A stretch of DNA of 55,551 bases from Oculatellaceae cyanobacterium bins.114 (GCA_033764315.1 JANRJA010000130.1:1-55551); one strand, 5' to 3'. Shown: positions 30,084 to 40,694, counted from the stretch's first letter. Numbers and translations are program-made. The notes: generated by a model from the sequence alone, not told the origin.

Positions 30084-30704
30084 ATGTCGCGATACCGGGG
30101 CCCGCGCCTCAGAATTGTACGCCGCTTAGGTGAATTACCAGGTTTAACCCGCAAGGCTACTAAAGCCTCAGGAAAACGATCTTATCCTCCTGGGCAGCAT
30201 GGTCAGGCTCGCAAAAAGCGTTCTGAATATGCTGTTCGTCTAGAGGAAAAGCAAAAGCTCCGCTTTAATTATGGTTTGAGTGAGCGGCAGATGCTGCGCT
30301 ATGTGCGTAAGGCTCGTCGTGCCGCTGGTTCAACCGGGCAAGTTTTGTTGCAGTTGCTAGAGATGCGCCTAGACAACACTATCTTTCGGATGGGTATGGC
30401 TCCTACCATTCCAGCCGCGCGACAGTTGGTGAACCACGGTCATGTCACTGTGAATGGTCGTGTCGTCAATATTCCTAGCTATCAATGCAAGGCTGGAGAA
30501 GTGGTTGGGGTCAGAGATAGCGAGCGTTCTCGCAAACTCGTTCAAGACAACTTACAGTTCCCTGGTTTAGCTCATCTGCCCAGTCATTTAGAATTTGACA
30601 AAAATACGCTGGTTGGCAAAGTCAACAGCATTGTCGAACGAGAGTGGGTTGCACTTCAGGTCAACGAATTGCTTGTGGTTGAATACTATTCACGTCAGGC
30701 ATAG
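30084..30704 (+). CDS. rpsD: 30S ribosomal protein S4
   Basis: [30 protein letters not shown]. Confidence 0.98.
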   Translation: MSRYRGPRLRIVRRLGELPGLTRKATKASGKRSYPPGQHGQARKKRSEYAVRLEEKQKLRFNYGLSERQMLRYVRKARRAAGSTGQVLLQLLEMRLDNTIFRMGMAPTIPAARQLVNHGHVTVNGRVVNIPSYQCKAGEVVGVRDSERSRKLVQDNLQFPGLAHLPSHLEFDKNTLVGKVNSIVEREWVALQVNELLVVEYYSRQA

Positions 30705-30778
30705 CCTTTTATATCAAACATAGATTGTATTGGACGCACCTTGCGGCTGTGGTGCGACATTAAAGTCTTCTCGTCTAG

Positions 30779-30803
30779 CCCTCTGATCCCGTCAATCAGA
30801 GGG
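30779..30803. terminator. Hairpin between convergent rpsD and moaA
   Basis: CCCTCTGAT / ATCAGAGGG followed by TTT. Confidence 0.6.
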
Positions 30804-30824
30804 TTTGCTTTATGAAGGATGGTT

Positions 30825-31814
30825 TTATCCACCAATTTGAGACATTGTTCTTGCATAGGCTGTCCCAGTTGTGCCTGAGTCACGGAGTTTGTAATTAATC
30901 TCAGGCTTAATAGCCAGCAAGTGCTGCACCTGTCCTCGAATGTCAGCGATGGGGATGCCTGCCCGCAGCATTGTTTTCAAGTCAATTTGCTCGGCTTCAT
31001 TGAGCAAACAGGGGCGCAACCAGCCATCCGCAGAGACTCTCATGCGATTACAGCGATCGCAGAAGCATTCAGACATCTGGCTAATAAACCCCAAAGTTCC
31101 TTTGGCACCTGGAATACGAAAGACATCAGCCGGTCCATTTCCGCGCACAGAAGATTCTTCTAACCCCCAGCGATCGCGAATAGTTTGACGAATCGTTTCT
31201 GAGGCGACCCAACCTTTGTCTTGAAATAATCCGGCATTACCAATGGGCATAAACTCAATAAAGCGAATATGCCATGCTCGCTCGATACTGAGAGCGGCTA
31301 GATTGAGAATCTCGTGATCGTTGACTCCAGGAATCACGACTACATTGAGCTTAAGAGGATCAAATCCAACTTGGTAAGCCGTTTGAATTCCATTCCAAAC
31401 CTGCTGCCAGCGTGAGCGTCCTTGATGTCCTACGATTTTGTCAAAGATATCTGACTCTAGTGAATCAAGACTGATGTTAATGCGCCGTAATCCAGCATTG
31501 TAGAGATCCTGTGCCATGCCTGCCAGTAAAAAAGCATTGGTTGTCATCGACAGGTCTTGGGTCTGAGGCAAGGCTGCGATCGCGCGTACAATCTCAACCA
31601 CACCAGGACGCAGTAATGGCTCACCACCCGTTAGTCGAAAGCGAGTAAATCCACAGGGAACAAACACCTCGCGCAACAGAGTTAACAACTCCTCCTGGCT
31701 CAGCACATCCTGCTGTCGGATATATTCCAACTCTGTGCCTTCAGGCATACAGTATTGACACCGAAAATTACAGCGATCGATGAGACTGATACGCAGATAA
31801 TCGATAGAGTTCAC
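30825..31814 (-). CDS. moaA: GTP 3',8-cyclase MoaA
   Basis: [26 protein letters not shown]-terminal MSQIGG. Confidence 0.96.
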   Translation of the reverse strand: MNSIDYLRISLIDRCNFRCQYCMPEGTELEYIRQQDVLSQEELLTLLREVFVPCGFTRFRLTGGEPLLRPGVVEIVRAIAALPQTQDLSMTTNAFLLAGMAQDLYNAGLRRINISLDSLESDIFDKIVGHQGRSRWQQVWNGIQTAYQVGFDPLKLNVVVIPGVNDHEILNLAALSIERAWHIRFIEFMPIGNAGLFQDKGWVASETIRQTIRDRWGLEESSVRGNGPADVFRIPGAKGTLGFISQMSECFCDRCNRMRVSADGWLRPCLLNEAEQIDLKTMLRAGIPIADIRGQVQHLLAIKPEINYKLRDSGTTGTAYARTMSQIGG

Positions 31815-32144
31815 GATGTTATCCTACCTGACTGGGCTGAACCACAATGCTAAAGACAAACCACCCCAGGACGTTGACGGGCGTTTATCCCACTGGGGAA
31901 GTGCTTCGCATTGCTTTACATTTATTGAAAGGTCTATCTCTGATATTACCTGAAGTAAATGAGAGCCATCCCAGATTTAGATAAGGCTAGGTTTAGAGAG
32001 ATTTCTATGATTTGCCTTGAATCATCGCCATCCCCCTTATTTCACATTCTGCACTGACGCTAAAGATTGCGATTTATAACCTGGTGTTGTCAGCTACAGT
32101 TCCTTCAATCGACCTGGCAAACAATTGAGGCTTGAGGATGGCTT

Positions 32145-33878
32145 ATGAATATCAAACCTCTCATTATTGTTTGTGGCTTAGGTCGCACCGGGCATAAAAT
32201 CTTTTCCCTGCTGAAGCAACAAGGTGCACAAGTTATTGGTGTGCATTCTCATCCTCTTGGCGATCTTCAGGATCAGATGCTTCAGGATCACATCGTCACT
32301 GGGGATTTGCGCTCTGCAACAACACTGATTCAAGCTGGCATTGCCGATGCTCATACCTTAGTGCTGGCAAACAGCGATGATGCCTTGAATTTAGCGATTT
32401 TGACGCAAGCAAGAGTTCTGAACCCTCAAATCCGGATTATCAACCGTCTGTACAATACGAGCCTCGGAAATCGCCTTGATCAGACGCTTCCTAACCATTT
32501 CAGCATGAGTGTTGCTGCCCTCTCAGCCCCTGTGTTTACGTTTGCTGCTATGGGAAATCGGGCAATTGGGCAACTACGTCTGTTTCAACAAACATGGCCG
32601 ATTCACGAAGAATACATCGATGCTCAACATCCCTGGTGGGGCCTCACTCTCACAAACTTGTGGGAAAATCGCGATCGCATGTTGATCTATTACTTACCCA
32701 GCGATGACACTCTGGATTTAGTGTCGGCTGTGACTCAAGAACAACCTCTGCGGGAAGGCGATCGCCTCATCATTGCGACAAAACCTCACATTCAACAAAA
32801 CCGTCGCTCCCTCTTGCAGGCAATCTTGGGACTACTCACTCGCCTGCGGCAATTTCAACGGCATGTGCGTCCAACCCTGGTCATGCTGCTGGTGTTAACA
32901 GTCACGATCGTATCAGCAACCCTAACCTACACCGCCGCAAACTTTCATGTCTCTCTCGTCGATGCCCTTTATTTCGCGGTTGGTATGATCACGGGTGCTG
33001 GAGGCAATGAAAGCATTGCAGAAAAAGCTCCTGTTGAGATCAAAGTTTTCACCGTCATCATGATGTTGATTGGCACAGCTGTTATTGGAATTTGCTATGC
33101 CTTGCTCAACGATCTTATTTTAGGAACTCGTTTACAACAGCTCTGGCAAACCTTTCCCATTCCGCATCGACATCACTACATTATTTGCGGATTAGGTGGC
33201 GTAGGAATGCAGGTTGTGCATCAACTGCATGCAAATGGATGCAGTGTTATTGTCATTGAAACTGATCCTAACAATCGCTTTTTAACAGCTATTCATGCCT
33301 TAAAGATTCCAGTATTGCAAAGCGATGCCAGTTTGCCTGAAACACTGCTCAAAGCTCACATCAAACAAGCCGAAGCCCTGTTAGCGGTTACCAGTGACGA
33401 TGTGACCAACTTAGAGATCGCCTTGACCGCTAAAGGATTAGCTCCAAACATTTCCGTAGTCGTTCGCAATCAAGACCCACAATTTGCACCTCTGGCACAA
33501 CAGGTGTTCGATTTTGAAGCCGTTTTGAGTCCAGCAGAACTAGCCGCCCCGTCATTTGCTGCTGCGGCTCTAGGTGGACAAGTATTTGGCAACGGAATGA
33601 CAGCTAATACTCTGTGGGTTGCTCTGGCTACGATGATTACGTCAGGTCATCCGTTTTATGGCAAACCAGTCAAAGATATTGCGATCGCCACTGACTTAGT
33701 GCCGTTGTATTTAGAAACCAACCAGCGCACTATACATGGGTGGGAGCTTTTAGAAGCCACCTTGAACATGGGCGATGTCCTCTATCTCACCATACCTGCG
33801 GCTCATTTAGAACAACTTTGGAGAGCCAGTCCTCATCCCCTCTCTATGTCACCTGCTGCGGCCCGACCCATCTTTTAG
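32145..33878 (+). CDS. TrkA/RCK-domain potassium channel family protein
   Basis: Two Rossmann motifs (VCGLGRTG, ICGLGGVG) flanking a two-TM pore region (DALYFAVGMITGAGG, non-canonical filter). Confidence 0.88.
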   Translation: MNIKPLIIVCGLGRTGHKIFSLLKQQGAQVIGVHSHPLGDLQDQMLQDHIVTGDLRSATTLIQAGIADAHTLVLANSDDALNLAILTQARVLNPQIRIINRLYNTSLGNRLDQTLPNHFSMSVAALSAPVFTFAAMGNRAIGQLRLFQQTWPIHEEYIDAQHPWWGLTLTNLWENRDRMLIYYLPSDDTLDLVSAVTQEQPLREGDRLIIATKPHIQQNRRSLLQAILGLLTRLRQFQRHVRPTLVMLLVLTVTIVSATLTYTAANFHVSLVDALYFAVGMITGAGGNESIAEKAPVEIKVFTVIMMLIGTAVIGICYALLNDLILGTRLQQLWQTFPIPHRHHYIICGLGGVGMQVVHQLHANGCSVIVIETDPNNRFLTAIHALKIPVLQSDASLPETLLKAHIKQAEALLAVTSDDVTNLEIALTAKGLAPNISVVVRNQDPQFAPLAQQVFDFEAVLSPAELAAPSFAAAALGGQVFGNGMTANTLWVALATMITSGHPFYGKPVKDIAIATDLVPLYLETNQRTIHGWELLEATLNMGDVLYLTIPAAHLEQLWRASPHPLSMSPAAARPIF

Positions 33879-33880
33879 GC

Positions 33881-34110
33881 TTGGCGACTGAAATCGCAGA
33901 CTTCGGTGTGAGCCTCTGCGGGTTGCAGCAAACTTTGATCCATCTAATTCGCGGCGAAGCTCAGTCGAGCCGTCGAGGCGCAAACTTCGATTGGATAGAC
34001 ATGAATTCAATTCGGTAGCTACAGCACGAAATATAGCCGTAGTGGAACCCCTGGCTGGGAGCACCGCCCCCCACCCCCCCTATGTCCTAAGTTAGCTGGC
34101 CACAGCCATA
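33881..34110. repeat. Composite of short palindromic and MITE-like repeats
   Basis: GCGACTGAAATCGC hairpin; 34003-34030 resembles 47613-47640; TATAGCCGTAG..CCACAGCCATA element at 34032-34110. Confidence 0.6.
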
Positions 34111-34680
34111 CCATGATTTTTTCCAGTTGACTCTAGAGAATTCACGGATTATTCTTTCAAGCCAACTTAAGTGATTTAATCGTCAATCAATCTCTTAGCC
34201 TCATCTTTTCTCAGAGATTGTACTGAGGTTTTTAAACCTTTGATTCACATTTCTATAAATTAAAACCAAGTCGTTTGTTTGGATTCAGTCATCTTGTTTT
34301 ACTTAAAGACAAAAGCATTAAAGCAACCACTGTCTTATTACTTCATTTAAGTAGATAAACAACAATTGAATTTCTAAACTTAAAAACTCCATTTCAAAAG
34401 GCTTATAACTATTTCCATTTCCTAAAAAGACCTTATTTAAAGAGGGGCGATCGCCATAGACCGTAGATAGAAACTGGGATCTCAAAACTTCTTAATTTTT
34501 GCAAACACAAGTTCAAAGAGATATACACAATCTTGTGTCGGCTTATGTATGCATTTGTAACCTAAATCATTCACTTCTTTCAGAAGACCAGAAGTCAGTA
34601 ATAATCCCATATAAATCTACTAATTTCACTGTTAAAAAAGAGCTAATCGATTAAACCATTACCTATTCAGGAGAGCACTC

Positions 34681-35235
34681 ATGGCACTGGAGCCACGTGA
34701 ATTTTTAGTTCGAGTAGAAACGCGTATTGGGTTTACCAACGAAGATAAATCTATCCTCAAACAAAATGCAGATTGGGGATTACAAGTTGCTCCAGAAATG
34801 GCAGATCATTTTTATGCTTTCTTAGGTCGAGATGCAGAAATGAATGCAATTTTAAACGGCTCAGAAGGTCGTATTCACCGTCTACGAGAAACCTTCATTC
34901 AATGGTTTCATGAAATGTTTACTGGTATGGATGATTGGCAAGATGTTTATGCAAGCCGTCGTTGGCGTATTGGGCTAGTTCATGTGCAAATTGGTATTGG
35001 CCCTCAACACGTTGTACCAGCTATGGCTGTTGTGGTTCATGAAGTTGGTAAACGGCTTCAAGTAGATGGCAAAACAGAGACAGTCAGAGATGCTTTGAGC
35101 AAAATTTGTATGATTGATCTCGCCTTTATTGAGCAAGCCTATGTTGAGGTTTCATCCGCTGCTGTACTGCGCGAAACGGGTTGGACGGAAGGCTTATTCC
35201 GACGATTAATTACGACTGGCGCAGGCACAATGTAA
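34681..35235 (+). CDS. Stand-alone protoglobin / sensor-globin domain protein
   Basis: GFTNED, DHFY (B10 Tyr), RIGLVHVQIG (F8 proximal His), as in HemAT-type sensor globins; AGGAG RBS. Confidence 0.85.
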   Translation: MALEPREFLVRVETRIGFTNEDKSILKQNADWGLQVAPEMADHFYAFLGRDAEMNAILNGSEGRIHRLRETFIQWFHEMFTGMDDWQDVYASRRWRIGLVHVQIGIGPQHVVPAMAVVVHEVGKRLQVDGKTETVRDALSKICMIDLAFIEQAYVEVSSAAVLRETGWTEGLFRRLITTGAGTM

Positions 35236-35302
35236 CCCGCACTACAACTCCACTCCTCTTGTTCTTTTCGACTTATTATTTCAAACTCAAGGAGTTTCAA
35301 CT

Positions 35303-35674
35303 ATGGCTATTAGCACTGAAAAATTAACCCATGTTTTACAGGATTTCGTAACATCAACCAACGATGTTCAAGGTGCGGCAATTGTCACCCCTGATGGCTT
35401 GCCACTTGCAGCTAGTTTGCCAGGTGGCATGGATGAAGAACGGGTCTCTGCTATGTCTGCTGCAATGCTCTCTCTGGGCGAACGCATTGGTAATGAGCTT
35501 GCTAGAGGCGGAGTCGAGCGAATTTATGTTGAAGGTGACAAAGGCTTTGGAATCTTAACCAGTTGTGGTGAAGACGCTGTTTTTCTAGTTCTAGCTAATC
35601 AATCTGCAAAACAAGGCCTTTTGATGTTAGAAATCAAACGTGCTTTATCAGAACTAAAAGCAATCTTGATGTAG
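35303..35674 (+). CDS. Roadblock/LC7-domain protein (MglB-like)
   Basis: AAIVTPDGLPLAASL..ERVSAMSAAMLSLGER..VEGDKG. Confidence 0.9.
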   Translation: MAISTEKLTHVLQDFVTSTNDVQGAAIVTPDGLPLAASLPGGMDEERVSAMSAAMLSLGERIGNELARGGVERIYVEGDKGFGILTSCGEDAVFLVLANQSAKQGLLMLEIKRALSELKAILM

Positions 35675-35779
35675 TTTGATCAGGGAATTTTAAGGAGTTG
35701 GTCTGAGCGATTAAACTCAGCCTATCAATCTAGTAACAGTAAGACTTGATAGAAAACAAGTGTATCTCAATTTTGTATG

Positions 35780-35826
35780 GGTAGTGCGAGCATCTCGTTT
35801 ATCAGCAAGATGCCTGTCCCATTACC
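35780..35826. repeat. REP-like imperfect palindrome
   Basis: GGTAGTG..GCATCT..AGATGC..CATTACC. Confidence 0.5.
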
Positions 35827-35987
35827 TTCGATCAACTTACAACTGTGAGGTACTCCCATAAAGAACTTACAAAAATAAAAATTAATGAGTTCTTTTCAAT
35901 CACTTACGGCTGTTAATAGATTGCCTTTTATCCCTTTTAATTCCCTATCCTTTTCCTTGCCTTTATTTCCTACTGCTTTAACGTTAT

Positions 35988-36533
35988 ATGGAAATCATGC
36001 GACTGGTTGTAACCGGACCTGTAGGAGCTGGAAAATCTACTTTTATTCGTTCAGTAAGTGAGATTGAGGTGGTCGATACCGATCGCCGAGCAACAGACGA
36101 AACCGCCCTTTTAAAGAAGAAAACGACAGTTGCATTTGATTTTGGGCGACTTCAGTTTGGTTCTGATATGGCGTTGCACTTGTATGGTACTCCTGGACAG
36201 TCCCGTTTTGATTTTATGTGGGATATTTTGATTCGCAAGGCCCATGCCTATATTTTGCTAGTTGCGGCTCATCGTCCCCATGAGTTTCGTGATGCCCGTC
36301 GTATTTTGACATTTATGAGGCGGCGATCGCCTGCACCGATGATCATTGGCTTAACCCATGCCGATTGCGAGGGTGCTTGGGATGAAGAAAATGTAGCGAT
36401 CGCGATTGGTCATCTTGACTCTCAACAGCGACCTCTAATTGTTAAAGTGAATGCCACAGAAACAGCTTCAGTGGCACATGCTGTTTTGGCATTAGTACAA
36501 ACCTCCCTCCAAACAAATTGTTTAGTTAGTTGA
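35988..36533 (+). CDS. Small Ras-like GTPase of the MglA/CvnD group
   Basis: G1 GPVGAGKST, G2 TTVAFDFG, G3 GTPGQSRF, degenerate G4 THAD, G5 NAT. Confidence 0.88.
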   Translation: MEIMRLVVTGPVGAGKSTFIRSVSEIEVVDTDRRATDETALLKKKTTVAFDFGRLQFGSDMALHLYGTPGQSRFDFMWDILIRKAHAYILLVAAHRPHEFRDARRILTFMRRRSPAPMIIGLTHADCEGAWDEENVAIAIGHLDSQQRPLIVKVNATETASVAHAVLALVQTSLQTNCLVS

Positions 36534-36652
36534 ATCTGTTAGAAGTACTACCCTTCACAGATAAATGAATTTTGTGTGTTGGTTTCTCACCCATAACCAA
36601 TCAATCCTACTTAGCTAGGAAGGCACAAACTGAGTCAGCAGAGGCAAAGGAT

Positions 36653-37513
36653 ATGGCAATCACAGGGTATTTAACGGAATTTTCACTGGCAGAGATTTTT
36701 CAATTGCTGGAGCAAGGCCGCAAAACTGGACTGTTAGGTATTTCTAAACTTTCAGAAGCAAAAGAGGAAAGCAGAAATCACTATATTTGGTTTAGCCAAG
36801 GGCGCATTGTTGGAGCAGCACAAACCCTCGACCATCAAGGGTTAATTGGTCTGATTAGCCAACGAGGTTGGTTAGGCGATCGCGCTGCTTTTAAGCTGGC
36901 ACAAAGTTGCAAACTTGATACACCCATTGGGTTGTGTCTCAAATCGCAAGGGGTGTTACAAGCTGAACAACTCAAGCTGCTGTTTTATACCCAGGTCATG
37001 CGACAGGTCTGTGCCCTTTTTGAACTAAAAGATGGCTGGTTTCAATTTGATGGCAAAGCTCCACTCCCCCCTTCTGAAATGACGGGACTGAGTGCTCCTG
37101 CGACAGAAGTAACTTTGGCAGGCTTACGAGCTCTTAAAGACTGGAGCGCATTGAAAGACAAACTGCCTGACCCCGCTTCTAGCATTATCAGCGTTGTCGA
37201 TGGCAAGCCCGATTTAAAGCTCAATCAACTGGAGTGGCAGGTGTGGGAATTCACAAATGGCACCTTGCCCCTAAAGGCGATCGCTCAGCAAATGCGTCTA
37301 ACTATCGAGCAACTGCAACACATTGCCTTTCGGTTGATGGTGGTTGGGCTAATAGAAGAACTTCCCATCTTAGATTCCGTCACTGCTCCTCAGCCGACAG
37401 AATTGTTATTTCCCAGCGAACCCTCTGCGATCGCCACTGAAACCTCTGACGCTTCAAAAGTCAGCCAAACATTTCTACAAAACCTGGTTGGTTTTCTCAA
37501 AGGCAAAATGTAA
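36653..37513 (+). CDS. DUF4388 / PATAN-domain protein
   Basis: GYLTEFSLAEIFQLLEQGRKTGLL..IWFSQGRIVGA..FELKDGWFQF and a C-terminal HTH-like segment; start moved to ATG 36653. Confidence 0.85.
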   Translation: MAITGYLTEFSLAEIFQLLEQGRKTGLLGISKLSEAKEESRNHYIWFSQGRIVGAAQTLDHQGLIGLISQRGWLGDRAAFKLAQSCKLDTPIGLCLKSQGVLQAEQLKLLFYTQVMRQVCALFELKDGWFQFDGKAPLPPSEMTGLSAPATEVTLAGLRALKDWSALKDKLPDPASSIISVVDGKPDLKLNQLEWQVWEFTNGTLPLKAIAQQMRLTIEQLQHIAFRLMVVGLIEELPILDSVTAPQPTELLFPSEPSAIATETSDASKVSQTFLQNLVGFLKGKM

Positions 37514-37539
37514 AACGCCCGGAGCGAAGGAGAGAGGTT

Positions 37540-37728
37540 ATGGCCTTGTTTTTAGGAATATTAGAATTTTTAGAGTTTGTGGGAACTCCCTTAGGGTTGG
37601 CAACCAGCCTTTGGATCAGCTTCTACTATTTTGCTGAGCAAACTCTAGGGTTTGATCTATGGTTGGCCGCACTACTACCTGGAGTTTTAGCCGTCGATCT
37701 ATATTTTTATCTCAAACAAATCGATTAA
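37540..37728 (+). CDS. Small membrane protein (hypothetical)
   Basis: 62 aa, hydrophobic; strong AAGGAGAGAGG RBS; 26 nt after the DUF4388 stop. Confidence 0.65.
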   Translation: MALFLGILEFLEFVGTPLGLATSLWISFYYFAEQTLGFDLWLAALLPGVLAVDLYFYLKQID

Positions 37729-37758
37729 AGTCGGTTCTTGTGCGGACCTATACGATGG

Positions 37759-37788
37759 GTGGAGAGGCCGTTAAAACGACCCCTCCAC
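37759..37788. terminator. Hairpin between convergent genes
   Basis: GTGGAG..CGTT-AA-AACG..CTCCAC. Confidence 0.5.
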
Positions 37789-37822
37789 TTAAGAAGCTCC
37801 TGACACAAATCACCCTTCAAAG

Positions 37823-39004
37823 CTAGTGGTGATGATGGTGATCCCCGTGATGGTGATCGTCATGGTGGTGGTGATCGCCATGATGGTGGTCATGGGAATG
37901 AGCTTGTGAAGCTGCAAGGGTAGGATTGACAGCTAAAGCCTGTTCAGTCAACAAATCAGCAATCAAAGGATTTGCCCACTCTGCCGCCATCTTTAAGAAC
38001 TCTGGCCGATCATTAACACAGGGCATTTGCACATAGGTCACATCAGGACGTTGGCGACGTAGATCGTGAATGATGTGATCGACATCTAGTAGCGTCTCGT
38101 GATTTTCAGTGGCAAACCCAATGGGCATAAACACGATTGCGGTTGCTCCCAACTCCATCAAGTTTCGGGCAGCTAAGTCTGCATTGGGCTGAGTCCATTC
38201 GATCAGAGGAGTTTGGTGGTTCAACCAACCCACAGAGATCAGGGGATAGCGATGGATCAACCGCTCCCGAACTCGCTCATAGAGTGCTTGACTTTCGTCA
38301 ATGCCAGAGGTGAAGCCTTTTGCCTTGTGAGGGCAACCGTGATTCATCAACACAATGCCCGTTTGAGAGGGCAAATGAGCGACTTCTAGATAGGCTTTGA
38401 TTTTCTCTTCAACCATTTGAGCCATTAGATTGATGTAATCAGGCTCATTGTAGAAAGAGGGAATATAACGCATCCCTTTGACCCAATGCTCAGCACCATC
38501 ACTCAAGTGGGCTAGAGCTTTGTTAACCTGTTCAACCGCAATGCCGCTAGTAAAGATTGAGTCTACGACTAACAGAGGATAGATGAGAATCTTGCTAAAC
38601 CCCTGAGCTTTGATCTCAGTCAAAACCTGTTCTGGCAGAAAAGGAGCACAGAAGTTAAATGCTTTGAAAACTTGAATGCGATCGCCCCATTGAGCTTTAA
38701 GGTGCTGTTCAATTCCAACCCTTTGTTGCTCAAAAATTGCATTATGAGGCGAAATAAAGTGATTGTGTTGATGGCTCCACTCATGCAGATCAAAAACTGC
38801 CAATAACTTCGCCAGTGGCGGATAAATCCAGGTTGGGACAGGAGCAAACTTAGCCGTTAACAGATTTAGAGCTTGTTCGTTGTAATTGGCAAAGTCTTCA
38901 TAGCTCTCGACTTCCCCATACCCCATCAATAAAACAGCGACCCGCTCAGTGGGGGAACCCTGATTAGAAACCTGCTGTTGCAGTTTTTCGGGAGTAGCAA
39001 CCAC
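37823..39004 (-). CDS. hemH: Ferrochelatase-family chelatase with His-rich tail and no CAB domain
   Basis: VAVLLMGYG, ISPHN, MNHGCP, W..P, PIGFATENHETL; GTG 39004 preceded by GAGGTG. Confidence 0.8.
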   Translation of the reverse strand: MVATPEKLQQQVSNQGSPTERVAVLLMGYGEVESYEDFANYNEQALNLLTAKFAPVPTWIYPPLAKLLAVFDLHEWSHQHNHFISPHNAIFEQQRVGIEQHLKAQWGDRIQVFKAFNFCAPFLPEQVLTEIKAQGFSKILIYPLLVVDSIFTSGIAVEQVNKALAHLSDGAEHWVKGMRYIPSFYNEPDYINLMAQMVEEKIKAYLEVAHLPSQTGIVLMNHGCPHKAKGFTSGIDESQALYERVRERLIHRYPLISVGWLNHQTPLIEWTQPNADLAARNLMELGATAIVFMPIGFATENHETLLDVDHIIHDLRRQRPDVTYVQMPCVNDRPEFLKMAAEWANPLIADLLTEQALAVNPTLAASQAHSHDHHHGDHHHHDDHHHGDHHHHH

Positions 39005-39333
39005 GCTAATCACCTCAATGAATAAAGTTCTTGAATGCAATTGATAACAAACCCAGCAAAACCACCGTATCCCATAGCTTCGGTCAAGACTGTAGAGCCG
39101 ATTTTCACTTAAAGCCCTGTTTGAGCGTGGATTTCAAGTGCTCCATTGGCTGAACCGTCAGGACAACTGCTAGGGTTACACGTTTGCTGTGCGTTGATTC
39201 TTCTTAGGGTAGCATCCCCCCAATGGGGATGTGTAAACGAATTAAAGAATCTATGAAAGGGAGTATGCCAAAAGTGAAGAGATTATCGGCGAAATCAACG
39301 GGAAGTCTTTTGATTTCAAACGATCGCCCCTGC

Positions 39334-39402
39334 GATAGCAGTCCTACATCAGTTGTGAGATGAGCGGATTGTGAGAGGCACACCCCATTGGGAGTGGCTA
39401 TA
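39334..39402. repeat. 69-bp MITE-like dispersed repeat, copy 2
   Basis: ATAGCAGTCCTACATCAGTTGTGAGATGAGCGGATTGTGAGAGGCACACCCCATTGGGAGTGGCTATA aligns with 14691-14759. Confidence 0.8.
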
Positions 39403-39472
39403 TCCCACACCCAACTTGTAGCCAATGCTTATAGCCAACGCTTGTAGCCAACAATGTAGTATTTTGCGGTTG

Positions 39473-40600
39473 CTAATCTGCCCATAGTCGCCGCCGAGGA
39501 GACCCCGCTAATCGCTGATGAGCATCTCGCAGCAGGGAGGGAATATCGAGATTTTCGGGGCACCGGGGCAAACAATCCCCGCAGTCTGTACAGCGATCGC
39601 CTCGACGCCCAGGAAACCAATGTCCCGCATTTTCAAACATGCCATAACGATATTGACCGTAGGTTGTCATGTCGTAAGCGACGGCCAGATTACGTAATCT
39701 TAAAATCTCAGGGATCTGAATATTTTCTGGACAAGGCAAACAGGCATAGCATTGACTACAGCGATCGCTCTCTAAAGCAGCCGATTGTCGGGTGTGGAGA
39801 CGCTCCAATCCCTCCTGCTCAACCGAGGTCAAGGGCTGATCGCGATCGCTCACCCTCAATGGCACCTCTAACTCCTCTGGAGTGGCTGCCCCTAGACTCA
39901 ATGTGGTAATGCGGCGATCTCTGAGTAAAAATCGATAGTTTAACTCTAAAGGTGAAAAAGGCTGACACAACTCGACCAAGGCTAGCGGTGGAGTAAACAG
40001 CATTCCCCCTTTGTCAGCGGGAGAAATGATAAAGACTCCCATATCCTTTTGGTGAGCTTGCTCAATGGCAGGGGCATTGCGTTGAAAAAAATAGTTGTAA
40101 TGCAAACTCACAAACTCAAACTGATCGGTGGCGATCGCCCGCATGATCACCTCTAGAGGGGCATGAGTCGAAAACCCAATATGACGGACTCGACCCTCAA
40201 TCACGGCCTGTTGCAGTGCCTTCATACACCCGTTAGGAGCCTCAATCCAACTCAGGTGCTCCCAAGTATTTAAGCCATGAACGGCCAGACAGTCCACCGA
40301 CTCTAAGCCCAAACGGGTTAACGATTCGTCGATTTGACGGGTCATGCTTGCGGCATCGGGAGTCGGTGGAATTTTGGTGGTGATAAACAAGCGATCGCGG
40401 TCAAGTCCAGACTGGAGTGCTGCACCCACATAGAGTTCACTATTGCCATAGCCCCTAGCGGTTTCAAAATGGTTGATCCCCAAGGCGATCGCCCGTTTTA
40501 TAATGTTTACCGCATTCTCTTGAGAGGCTAAAAACCGCATTGTTCCCAGAGAGAACACAGACAACGATAATTCTGTTTTGCCAAATCGACGATACTTCAT
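39473..40600 (-). CDS. Aldo/keto reductase with C-terminal 4Fe-4S dicluster domain
   Basis: MKYRRFGKT..LGTM, FETARGYG, IGFSTH; CSQCYACLPCP and CTDCGDCLPRCP. Confidence 0.9.
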   Translation of the reverse strand: MKYRRFGKTELSLSVFSLGTMRFLASQENAVNIIKRAIALGINHFETARGYGNSELYVGAALQSGLDRDRLFITTKIPPTPDAASMTRQIDESLTRLGLESVDCLAVHGLNTWEHLSWIEAPNGCMKALQQAVIEGRVRHIGFSTHAPLEVIMRAIATDQFEFVSLHYNYFFQRNAPAIEQAHQKDMGVFIISPADKGGMLFTPPLALVELCQPFSPLELNYRFLLRDRRITTLSLGAATPEELEVPLRVSDRDQPLTSVEQEGLERLHTRQSAALESDRCSQCYACLPCPENIQIPEILRLRNLAVAYDMTTYGQYRYGMFENAGHWFPGRRGDRCTDCGDCLPRCPENLDIPSLLRDAHQRLAGSPRRRLWAD

Positions 40601-40694
40601 GAGACAGTTGGGAAAGCAAAGCTTTACAGAGCTGATCCCCGGCTTCTGGCAGAAACCGGGGATCAGAGGAATCACCACTTCAGCTGGATAGTAA

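Noticed and set aside
31815..32144. Moco riboswitch before moaA or c-di-AMP riboswitch before the K+ channel
   Set aside because: A CCCCAG/CTGGGG hairpin is present but I could not match the conserved cores of either family; an Rfam scan would settle it
35920..35975. Pyrimidine-rich tract before the GTPase gene as a special element
   Set aside because: Looks like degenerate short tandem repeats common in filamentous cyanobacterial spacers (similar tracts near 9512-9540 and 14808-14830)
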